From Mayamaea pseudoterrestris (taxonomy: Eukaryota), in contig BROI01000007.1 in the NCBI GenBank assembly GCA_027923505.1, forward strand, positions 682,001-746,000: a DNA stretch of 64,000 nucleotides, read 5' to 3'. Positions 23,501 to 33,746 of the stretch are shown one piece after another. The first letter of the stretch is position 1; each line of letters opens with the position of its first letter. The translations under genes and the position numbers were made by a program. Under the pieces are notes generated by a model. It saw only the letters and a list, made by a program, of their open reading frames with translations. It was not told the origin of the DNA and searched no databases.

Positions 23501-26500
23501 GAAAAGGCGACAGATATGCTGGTGTCACACCCGTGGACAGAACATTAAAAATCATTCCGAGTAAAATATCAAGCGCGTGCGACAGCTCGGCAACTTTGAC
23601 AGCACCTAAGCGTCCATTATTTTCGTCGAGATAATCGTTCACTAACAATACCATATCCCTTGCACCAACACAGTCGCGGACCTTTCCAGGGACAGATTTT
23701 GCAATACGCGAAAGGACAGGAAGCAAGCCTTTTTGTAGCAGGTGCTGCTCTATAGGTGGCGAGGTCGCCCCACCGAGCCACAGCGGAATGTTAAACACAA
23801 GACGAGAAAAAACCTTGGTTTCGAGACCCACGTAATGTGTACTAGCAATACGCAAAGCGAAAAGTGAATGGACAAGCCGATAAGCGGTGATCTCGCTCTT
23901 TTCAATTACCTGGAAAAGCTTTCCCGAAAATGATCGCCGATTACTTAGTATGAGCTGCTCAAGCACATCCACTCCTCCACAGCGGAGAAATTCTCGCGCA
24001 TTATCATGATGCTCATTAATGAAGGCAGTAAGCAACATAAAAATATCGGGTAATGGTGAAAACAACTCGTCTTCATCGGCATCGAAAGACGCTTCGTATA
24101 AAGGTTTCATCGTGCCTACCCCAGTGAGAAGCACTCGGAAGATCGGAACCAGTGATTGCATCCCACCAACGCTACTGATACCATCCTGGGATCCATTGCA
24201 TGACCACGCAAAATCGTTGTCTGACAAAGACAAGTGAGATCCAACGTGCAATTCGATCACCATGCCGTCAAACGTTCGACGGGGATCCCAAGAAAGAAAC
24301 ACTCTCGATCCGAACTGGCTTAGTTCTAGACCCGAGGGCAGGTGCAACTCATTATCATCGTCACCTTCGCCAATGTCAAGGATAGAAACGCTAGGACTTT
24401 CGGACATATTGCGTCCCACAAGCCGTCGGTGACTTAGAACAATCTCTTCGGCATCATCGTTTGTAATGTTAGCATCCAGCACACGCGAACGTTTCACTAT
24501 TGCACTCCGCCGACTATCCCAAGTTTGACCTGTGCTGCTCGACCTTTTTAGCAAGTTGTTGTTTCCGCCAGTGGTCTCGTATAGCGCGCTGAAAGAGGCA
24601 TCACTGACATGGTCATTAAGTAAATACAGAGTACCAGTTTGTCCTTCAAAGCTGTCAGCAAAAGTGATGCATAGATTGAAACGGGATCGCACATGAGAGC
24701 CGCGTCTCAACTTCGACAGCCCAGTCTGTTGCCACCCTGCAGCTAAACCAGCTTGTAAAAGGGACGACGCACTGTCATCGCCAGCGACACCACTTGTATT
24801 AGGAAATGCCAATGAGTCAGTCAACAAAACCTTCCCATCGAGCATGATGGAAACTTGCTGCCGGGTCGACATTGAAAAAACACCTTTTAGTCTTGATCTT
24901 GTGTGCCGCACGACAAGATGATACCATACCCTGGGCAGAAGTACACACCCTTGTACATCGATAGTCCTGGTCGGTTTGGGTTGACTCGAATCGAAAATGG
25001 AAACAGCCACCGTACAAGCATCTGATGACGGCTGGTGCGATAGAGGAACCAACGACACTTCGATACCGCCACCATCATCCGAGCGTACACTCAACAGAAT
25101 CGGCTTTGCTTTGGCCGGGTCTAATCGCTCGGCTCGGAACCAAACTGCCATGCCAAAGTCATTTCGAAATGGCCAAGTCGACAAACCTGTGATCGTTCGA
25201 TGCATGCCGCCACCACCAGACAAGGAAAAGAAGTGACGCGGAGGCGTTCGGCTCATGACAAGTGGCCGCGACGCACCCGACGCTGCTGTGCGCATTGCCC
25301 GCAGCAGACACATGCGCGACGTGTTGGTATAATGCGGTGACTGGCATCCCGTCAGCAAGCGCCGGAGGAACCATGGCGAAACGCCAGCGACACCTACCAA
25401 GCCCATGAATCGAGCCAGTGGCGCCAATAAAAGGTTCGCCTGCTGCGGTCGCACCCAATGTTTACTCGTCGCGGCTCGCTCCCATAAATTCCACAATACT
25501 TGCAGCGAGGGTCGATGGTCCTTGATCAGGTTGCGACTTGTTTCAAACTGTTCATCCCTGCAAAACTTGTTCCAGTAATATTGAAAGCGAGCAAACGTAT
25601 ACAGTAAGTGAGGCCGTCGCGAGGCATGATCTGGATCATTTGGTCCTTCCTCAATAACCCTTATCAATGGCTTTGTCGTGTCAAACGTTGGTCGCGTCAA
25701 AAAGCATGATTCATTGTACTCGTCATCTGGTTCAAACGTTAGCAGTCGAACAAGTATTCGAAGCAGCGACGATACAAACATTATAGGAAATCGTAGCAAG
25801 GCAGGGTGTGCAGCAGTGCCGGCGCTCAAGAGTCGAATGATTCGCGACGGATCAATCAGTGTTGGTTGATCCGAAATATTGCTGCGCGCGTCAAAGTCTC
25901 GCGTCTGCTCCAACGCGACCACCTGTTGCACCACTCCCAAGTCAATCGATGGCGCGCAAAAGCCTTGCAGCAGTAAATGCAGCAATATAGCATAGTCATC
26001 TGTTGGTGGCGTGTTTTCCGGCAAAATTTGGTACTCGACGAGCAGTTCCAATACTGACGACTCCTCTCCTTCCGGCACTGTCAACGACGATGTTGCTACG
26101 TTTCGCAGCCGTCGTCGCGATGATGATTGTGGCGAAAATACTGGCTTGCCACTTTCTGCTTTTGCATTGTTGCTTTCAGAATCATGAAATGACTCAAACT
26201 TGCCTCGAAAGCTTTCCTGCATGAGCGACGAGGAGGAAGATGATGCCAATGATTCCAAGGATGCTTGTCGCTCGGAAATATATTTAGCGCTGCGGACATT
26301 GTCGACCGTAAAATCTATAGACTCCTCCACATTATTGTCTCTGACAACCACAATGTCTTGATCAGTCATGTTGCTTGGTCGTCCAGCTGCATGAATCTTG
26401 AGCGTCGTTTGAGGCGAGTAATGCTGTTCGGATGTTGGCGGTGGTTGTGGATTGTCAAGTACAGTTTCCATGGATGCTTCCTCCATATACAATGATGTGG

Positions 26501-26831
26501 ACGCCCGCTTTAACAAACTCTCCTCGTCTTCGTCGTCGGAGAGAAAGGGCGAAGTCACGCCTTGTCGTTCGCTTGATTCAGTAGCTGTTCGCTCGGCAAA
26601 CGATTCAAGGGGTGTAACCTTTTCTTCACCACCCTCGTTTTGCTGATCTCCCTCATTACCATCCACCATGACTGCAGATTCAGAAGCCAGCAGCTCCGTC
26701 AATTCCCAGTCCTCCGTGGCCGAATTGTGTGACGGCCGCCGATTCATTGGATCATTTAGATCCTGCGAATCAAAAGGGAAATTCGTGGATTGATTCATTT
26801 CGTCCGTCGGTGATGAAGTGTGACCGTCCAT
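17575..26831 (-). CDS. BEACH-domain protein (neurobeachin/LRBA/NBEAL-like: ConA-like, PH, BEACH, WD40), ~2991 aa, 5 exons
   Basis: Exons 26831-22410, 22335-22013, 21945-19956, 19885-18214 and 18143-17575, all GT-AG and in frame. Motifs RRYMLRPQALELF (PH), [52 protein letters not shown], then WD40 repeats. Confidence 0.93.
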
Positions 26832-27337
26832 TATTTTAGCAACTTGATCGGTTTAACTAATCCTAACGGAGACGAGACGTAACACTCTTCACGTATCAGC
26901 TGCCTTGATTGCCTGCTGTAACCAACCCTTTGTTTGCTTGCGCCATGGTGAGTCGCGTCGAAGGTAGTCTTCAAAAACAAATCGTGTTCGAGTCGTACCG
27001 GTAATCGAATGTGACGTCATGGTCATTTTTGACGGTCATCCAACCGCGACGTCGCGCGGCGCGCGCAAGATCCATCCGTCGAATCGTCCGCTTCCTTCCA
27101 AGACCAAACCAACACGGACTCGTCGATTCTTAACAGATACTGCTGTACATTTCGGTATACTAAGCAGAAAACTTCGCGTTACTGTTAATCAGTGCAGTTC
27201 GTTGTGAAAATAAAATATTGAAAAATACGTCTTGATCACGGACGTAGACTTCGAACGCAACATCACGGATCAATAACAGCCGATTCGAGCTACATCAACT
27301 CAAAGCAACAGCGACCAGACATATAATAATAATCAGA

Positions 27338-28267
27338 ATGTCAGCCGCACCAGTGTCACTCGACGGCCGCAATCCTGTCGACTTTGACCAAGTACCCGAG
27401 CACGAGCGCATGCTTGCCAACCGCCTGCACATTAACCAGGCCATTGTGCAGGCAGCCGCCGCGTCAACGCCAAAGCAACCAATGTCAGCAGTCACCAAGG
27501 CCCGAGACGTTTCACTCGCGAATCAAACAACGACGGAATGGAACGCCGCGTCCACGGAAGGCGGACTCAAGGAGCACTGGCCATCGCACTTGCCGCGGCC
27601 GCCGTCCATGAAGAAGCTTGTCGACGACAACGACTCTGCATCTGGAAGCAACCGCAGCAACGCACCTCGCGTCATTTTGTTCAACGCCAACATGGATGAA
27701 GGCGTGAGCTTGGTGCGCGTCTTGGCAAAGAAGGGTCTCCAAGTGACGGCGGTGGTGCGCGTCTTTACCAGCAAGAACGCCAAGCGACTCACCAAGCTCA
27801 AGGGCGTGACGGTCAAGGTGGCCGATTTGAACAACAAGGAGGCGGTCATGCAGGTTGCGGAAGGATGTTCGCAGGCGTTTCTTGTGACAAAGTACTGGGA
27901 GCGGTTTGAGAATCCCATTGAGGAAAACATGGCCAAGGTTGTGGTGGATGCGTCGGCGGCATCGGGGATTCAGCGGCTGGTGTTGGCCACCTTTGAGGAT
28001 ACGCACATGCTTCGACTGCGAAGTTTGAAGTCGCAAATTAGTCCGACGCAGGATGGGCTCATTTATCCAACCTTTCAGGGAATGGACAGCATCAATAAAT
28101 TTGCCAAAATGCGAGGCGTAAGCGTTACGCACATGTTTACGAGTTATTTGGATGTGGAGGACGCCAAGAAGAGTTTAATCTTGATCCGAGGCGAAAATGG
28201 AAAGATTATATCACAAAGCAACTGGCAAGACCCTGTCTCGGGCAAGGCTTTGCCAGTACCGGCGTAA
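27338..28267 (+). CDS. NmrA-like / atypical SDR-fold protein with degenerate nucleotide-binding motif
   Basis: VTAVVR, VTVKVADL, AFLVTKYWE, E...AKVVVDASAASGIQRLV match the NmrA pattern. The Gly-rich motif is replaced by FNANMDEG, and the C-terminal part is short. Confidence 0.7.
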   Translation: MSAAPVSLDGRNPVDFDQVPEHERMLANRLHINQAIVQAAAASTPKQPMSAVTKARDVSLANQTTTEWNAASTEGGLKEHWPSHLPRPPSMKKLVDDNDSASGSNRSNAPRVILFNANMDEGVSLVRVLAKKGLQVTAVVRVFTSKNAKRLTKLKGVTVKVADLNNKEAVMQVAEGCSQAFLVTKYWERFENPIEENMAKVVVDASAASGIQRLVLATFEDTHMLRLRSLKSQISPTQDGLIYPTFQGMDSINKFAKMRGVSVTHMFTSYLDVEDAKKSLILIRGENGKIISQSNWQDPVSGKALPVPA

Positions 28268-28678
28268 ATGAAAGGCTGAGTGATCAATGTCTTGTCAGTG
28301 AATGCAACCAAAACCAGTCCTTGCCTGCCTTAGATTGTACTGGTAGATATACTGGTAGCTTTAAAAGTATATATGTGTAATTTATCAAACCAATTAAGCT
28401 ACTAAAGGATTACGCATCGTATCCAGGGAGTTTTGCCATCTCTCTTAGCTTAATCATCGTACGAACTCGGTCGATAATTTAAGGACCATTTGAATGCGTT
28501 TCAGACCTTTGAACGTCCTATAAGCTCTCTATATACAGCATGATTTCGGTGATACAAAACATTAAAAGCACTTATTACGTCGTTCAAAAGAACGACTCAC
28601 TCAATTACGATAAACATTCTTCCATTTCCATCCACATTATCCTTTCAGACACACCCATCAAACCCCTCCATCCACACT

Positions 28679-29449
28679 CTATCCTTCATTCGATCGCTCA
28701 AAGTAGACTGCGTTGAAAAAGATGGACGTGCCAACCAAACTCGCCTTTTGCTCCGGCGTCGCTTCCTTGGGAAACACAATCTCAAAGGCATTCGCATCCG
28801 TAAACACCTCCATGGCCAAGCTCTTTGGTTTCTTGAGAATCTTGCCAAGATGCGCAGCATCTCCTCCGTTCGTATCGCGCTGGTTCGGATCAAAGATCCA
28901 AAACGGAAGCTTGCAGCATCCCTTGCCAAAGCATGGATTGCCTTCCGTGCAGCAGTTGACGCAGCAGCCGGCGCAGCAGGTCGGCGGATGAATCTTGTAA
29001 ACCTTGTTTCCGTTGGCGTCCAGTAGCGTGTATTGCGGAACGCAGTAGTAGCAATTCTCCTGAATCTTGCCAAGGTCGTCCGATCCGCTCTTGAAGGAGG
29101 CTTGCTGGTAGCAGCAGCACTTGCAGGCACCCACCACGCAGCAAACAAAGGGACGTTCCACCGTCAGGAGCTCGGTTTTGGTCGGCACTTCCTCAATGCG
29201 CGTGGTAAAGGGATAGACGGCGCCGCAGCACCAGCGGCAGAGACAGTTTGATTCTTCCAATGACGTTGCCATTTGCTGTCCGTTGATGTAGTACTTGATT
29301 TCATTCTTGGCGTTGCATGGGCAGAGGCACTCCATGAGCCAGCCGCGACGAGTCTCGCGGACTTCCATGTTCGTGGCTCCGGAAAGGTGGGTACGCATGG
29401 CTTCCGTGCCGCGGCTCATTTGTTGGGGTTTGGGAGCAGCAATGGACAT
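28679..29449 (-). CDS. Phospholipid scramblase family protein
   Basis: EESNCLCRWCC, LTVERPFVCC, LGKIQE, YKIHPPTCC, GKILK, FTDANAFEIVFPKEATPEQKASLVG. Cys-rich loops. Confidence 0.85.
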   Translation of the reverse strand: MSIAAPKPQQMSRGTEAMRTHLSGATNMEVRETRRGWLMECLCPCNAKNEIKYYINGQQMATSLEESNCLCRWCCGAVYPFTTRIEEVPTKTELLTVERPFVCCVVGACKCCCYQQASFKSGSDDLGKIQENCYYCVPQYTLLDANGNKVYKIHPPTCCAGCCVNCCTEGNPCFGKGCCKLPFWIFDPNQRDTNGGDAAHLGKILKKPKSLAMEVFTDANAFEIVFPKEATPEQKASLVGTSIFFNAVYFERSNEG

Positions 29450-29847
29450 GGTTGCTTGGGAATGTATCAATGGATGAAGGGTGGAGGATAATCCGCAATG
29501 AGCGGATGATGCGAGACGCGAGAGGGAGACTGGATTTGTGAAATGATCCAATCAGAAAGAGAATTTGAAAGCAAGATATATCAAGTTGCTCACTTCCGAG
29601 ATTTCAGCAGTGTAGTGATGAAGTGCTTCGTTGTTCTGGCGAAAATGATCTGGTTAAATTATTCGCATGTCCATGGTTGCGACGTCAACTTGCAATCGGA
29701 AGATACGGTTTAAAAATTAGAGTTTAGGGTTTTCTTTGGTCACAAATACGTCACAGCTGTACTGTATGTCTTGCTCTTTTCCATACAATTGGCAATAACG
29801 ACGATGATGCTTCTAGGTACCGTATATAGGAAACAGACGACCCCGCC

Positions 29848-29930
29848 TGTCAAGCAGTCCATTAAGCTAACTTTTCTTACAGAAACAAATGATCGGGCTT
29901 GTCAAGCAGTCCATTAAGCTACCTTTTCTT
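29848..29930. repeat. 31-bp direct repeat (1 mismatch) spanning the thioesterase stop codon
   Basis: tgtcaagcagtccattaagctaacttttctt (29848-29878) vs tgtcaagcagtccattaagctaccttttctt (29900-29930). Confidence 0.85.
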
Positions 29931-30786
29931 CTGATTGAATCATTTCCTCGTAGACGTTGCGAGGAATCACAAAGACACTGGACGCTTCACAATAGAGCGT
30001 TGCAGCGACGGCCTCATTGTCATCGTCACTCCAACGTTCCACCACAACCTTCCATACCATTTTGCGCTCCTTTCGCTCCACAAGCACGGCTCGTATACAA
30101 ATGGTTGATCCAGCTGGTACACCGGCTCGGTAGTTGACATTCAAATTGGCCGTGACGGCATAGGGAACATCCAAACCTTCAATGGCAGCGTAACCAAGTG
30201 TATCATCAATCAGCAAGGCCAATATTCCGCCATGCACTTGGCCCTTGTGTCCATCCAAGTTGTTTCCAAGCTGCACAATGCTCATGACGACTTCGTCATC
30301 ATTTGGATGTATATTCTTGTAGACGTCAAAGGAACGAATGCCGCCGCCATGCGCAGTGTCATTTTCCAGCAGTGCTCCCAAGACGGCATGCGACTCCATC
30401 AAGGCGCGTGGAGGAGGTTCAATGTATTCGTAAATGGAAGTGTCGACGCGATGTATTTGTTGTTGTGGTTTGGCAGCAGTGTTCGTTGTTGCTACATTCA
30501 TGTTTGCACTGTCGCAACTCGTCATGGACAGTCTACCAAATATGAATCTCGGCCGCAATCGCTCTGCATCCTCCAACAAGTATCGATTATAGAAATTTGA
30601 AAACGTTTCTCTTGGTTGCACTCGGCTATTCGACAAAACATTATGGTTCGACGAGGGTGCAACAAATGCATTGGTGGCAGTGGTCGAAAGAAGAACGACC
30701 GTTGTTGCTCCAGAGCAAGCGATCAAGCAGCGTCGCGACGAGAAAGTCTTGGTTGAAAGTAGATTACGCATCCTTTGAATGTGCAT
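29914..30786 (-). CDS. Hotdog-fold acyl-CoA thioesterase (PaaI/THEM4-like) with organellar leader
   Basis: DGHKGQVHGGILALLIDDTLG, VTANLNVNYRAGVP, RKM, LYCEASSVFV. The N-terminal leader contains TNA-FVAP. Confidence 0.85.
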   Translation of the reverse strand: MHIQRMRNLLSTKTFSSRRCLIACSGATTVVLLSTTATNAFVAPSSNHNVLSNSRVQPRETFSNFYNRYLLEDAERLRPRFIFGRLSMTSCDSANMNVATTNTAAKPQQQIHRVDTSIYEYIEPPPRALMESHAVLGALLENDTAHGGGIRSFDVYKNIHPNDDEVVMSIVQLGNNLDGHKGQVHGGILALLIDDTLGYAAIEGLDVPYAVTANLNVNYRAGVPAGSTICIRAVLVERKERKMVWKVVVERWSDDDNEAVAATLYCEASSVFVIPRNVYEEMIQSEEKVA

Positions 30787-31172
30787 CTTGTGTTATTGAT
30801 GAGTGTGGCCGTACAATGCGACGACGTGACAAGGGATGGATGACGACGAATGACGAACAATGAAGGAACGCGAAAGCTACCTAGCCGGCACTACGTGTCG
30901 TACCGGTAGACGAGGCTTGCTCGTTGGAACGGTCGCTTTGCAACCACAATGGCAAACTTGCTGCGGGAGCACACGCCAAAATAGTGTCGCTAAGGCGCCG
31001 AAAGTCGTAAAATATGAAGTTTATAAACCCCAATGCAAGTATATACAGGATGAAATGGGTAAATGATGTCATTGTTACAGAAGAATTATGTGATTACAAA
31101 CTATAGCGGCGACGCTTCATGGCCTCGAAAGCCAAGCGAAACGACGGCGCGCGGATGCACGAAGGAACATTA

Positions 31173-31913
31173 TTACATGGTGCAGGTTCCGCAAACACTG
31201 ATTTCAAGATAGATGCGTGTTGGAGTACGCCGGAACACTCGTGCTGTGCCTGCTGCGCATTGGAAGTCTCCAGTTCCTCCAGTGACAGAGTTTTCAATTT
31301 GAGTCGAGCACGTCCCTTTAAATTGAGGAGAACGAGGCAATGGTGAGTCTTTGTGTCGATTCGAGGTGTAATTTCATCACTGTCAAAAAATCCATAACAT
31401 ACCTTGGTAGAAGAGCTGATCTGATGTCTTTCCAGCTGGTGTTCGGCCAAAGCTGAGGGCTCCATTGGCCGTGCAGTCAAATGTTCCAGTGATGAGATTG
31501 GTCTCCGTCACAAAGCCTACAACTCTGCCAGTTCGGGCATCAGAGAGGTTGAGGCGGTCAACAGTGTAGCCAATGGCCTTGCCCTTGGATCCTCGACCAG
31601 TACTGATCTCGCTCAAGTTTCTGCGGTACTCTCGCTTGTCGTAGTAGACGCGGTATGTTGCGCAGTCTTCCTGGGACGCGCCCTTGCTTCCCTTGGTTCC
31701 CTTGGATCCTCCCGTGTTGCCTCTTGGACCTCTGTAAATGTACGTCGATAGTCCAGGTGGGCCTTGGCGGTGTGATAATTGACGGTTGAATCCATTTGCT
31801 TCAGGGGCAACTTCTTCATCGGGGACGACGCCCTCTTCGCTCATTGTAGATTCTAAAAGTCCAACCGCAATGGCGGGCAGCATGAAGGAAAGAAATAGCT
31901 TGAACGCGCGCAT
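31173..31913 (-). CDS. Secreted Lys/Ser/Gly-tract protein with dirigent/AOC-like domain (family member 2), 217 aa, 2 exons
   Basis: Exons 31913-31403 and 31315-31173 (G|GTATGT...TAAAG|GG). The splice restores QLFYQG-TCSTQIENSVTGGTGDFQCAAG...VCGTCTM*, colinear with the intronless paralog at 32515-33147. Signal peptide, acidic propeptide, RQL, GGSKGTKGSKGAS. Confidence 0.8.
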
Positions 31914-32514
31914 GTTGATATGTTGATGATTGTGTGAAAGTTATCGATGTATGCGAAAGTTTCGATACCAAAGCAATTTGTGAGATCACAGACGCTGTAA
32001 CGGTGCACTGACGGTGCGTTGGATCAAGTTGACGCGACAATTTATTTTCGCACCGCGCGTTGAGTCCGATGGAGTATTTTGAGCTCGAGCCGGGCTGCCT
32101 TGGATCGCTTCATCCGACTGCCAAATTTCCAGAAGCAACGGCAGGTGCGCAATGCGCACCTGGGGTCGGCGCACCGTGAGAGAATCTCGGCAGCGACTAC
32201 CCATGGGCTATGGAACCAGGATAGGTATGATAGACATCAAAGTCTACTAATGATTTATTGAGTCAACTATTGAGTACTTTAATTGATGGTTTTGAGAGCT
32301 GCCAAGCGAATAAGTTTGCGTCATCGAGCAAATTCGACTCGACACTTGTACACATCTACCAGCAGGCTGCACACACGCTACTGTTGGTATTACGAGACGA
32401 AGTGTTTGACAAGATATTTGGATTATATAAAATTACAACAAGACGAAATAGCTTGATTGCATACGCCTGGGTAGATCGGGTGCAGGCAGAGCGGACATCT
32501 CGACCACAAAACAT

Positions 32515-33147
32515 TTACGACAATTTGTCACATGCCATTAGTTCAAAAAAGAACCTGTTGGATCTTTGTCCTGAGAAGCGCATAACTCCCTTGGCCCCAG
32601 TGTAGACTCCAGTTCCTCCCGTTACTGCATTTGTCAGACCACCAGAGCATGTTCCTTGGTACAAAAGTTGGTTCCGCGTTCGACCGCGCGCATTGTTGAG
32701 TCCGAAATTAATTGACCCAGTCGCTGTGCAGTCTTCTCCTGCGTCGATGACTGTCTCGGTGAGAGTAGCAATGATTCTGTTGGTCTTTCGATCATATATT
32801 GGCAATCCCTCTATCGCTTCTCCAAAATCGCCAATGAGTATGCCATTCTTTGTGTAGTCTCGCTGCGCCGTCCACACTGAAATCATTTCACAGATGGGTG
32901 AAGCGCCACTTCCCTTGCTCCCTCCCTTCCCTTTGCTAGCTCCTTTCTTACTCGCGCCCTTCTTACTGGGTGGTCCCTTTTTACTGGCTCCCTTGCTTCC
33001 TTTCAAAGTCCGATGGGTGCCGACGTCTCTGGCGCCTCCTCGCACCTGCGGCAATTCTTCTCCCTCGATCTTGTTCTTGTTGACGTCGCGAAAAGAGAAG
33101 CCCAATGCTGGGGCCACCAGCAATACTAGGAAAGCAAACGTACGCAT
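32515..33147 (-). CDS. Secreted silaffin-like Lys-rich protein with dirigent/AOC-like domain (family member 3), 210 aa
   Basis: Intronless. Signal peptide, then RTL directly followed by KGSKGASKKGPPSKKGASKKGASKGKGGSKGSG, then DCTATG...QLLYQGTC...NAVTGGTGVYTGAKG. Confidence 0.82.
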   Translation of the reverse strand: MRTFAFLVLLVAPALGFSFRDVNKNKIEGEELPQVRGGARDVGTHRTLKGSKGASKKGPPSKKGASKKGASKGKGGSKGSGASPICEMISVWTAQRDYTKNGILIGDFGEAIEGLPIYDRKTNRIIATLTETVIDAGEDCTATGSINFGLNNARGRTRNQLLYQGTCSGGLTNAVTGGTGVYTGAKGVMRFSGQRSNRFFFELMACDKLS

Positions 33148-33746
33148 GTTGTTGTTAGACTGAAGGTAGTTGGTGATATGATAACGTCGTGTATGATCAA
33201 TGGGCGATGGAACTATGGAGGTCCACTTGCAAGAATGCGTCGAGGGCCGGATTATGAGATCGAGCGTTGCGTTTTGATTTCAACCTAGCGGTGCTGGCTC
33301 GATTCCCGAATCTTACGTGTCGTAGGCAATAATAAGAAGTCTAGATATTATTGCCCTACTCAGAGCCGGGCGGGTAGCTGGATCTTGTTCACAAAATGCA
33401 CTCTTGCAGAGTCGACGAAAAAAAGGCGCGCGCGTTGACCATTGCATCGCGCCCTTTCCAGCGCGCACCTCTTCCTTTTCGTTATCCCAGCTACCTTGAA
33501 CTTGCCAACAAGTCAGCTTAAGCTCAGCAAACTATCGTCAATTACTTTGTCATTAATGAGTTGAAATGATTCTACTTTTGTCTTTACCAGCCGTGTAGAT
33601 AATTTGAATGTTGCCATTTTTGTTTCTATCGCTCCTTCAGCAAGTAAGTAAGAATGTCATGCGCAGATGCATTTATTTCTATAATATGGGCTGCTATATG
33701 TTATATCAGTATCTATGTACCGCCGTGCATTTCCAAAAGATTGAGT

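Noticed and set aside
29717..29733. Telomere-like TTAGAGTTTAGGGTTTT
   Set aside because: It is a single degenerate unit with no array. At most it is a telo-box, and it could be chance.
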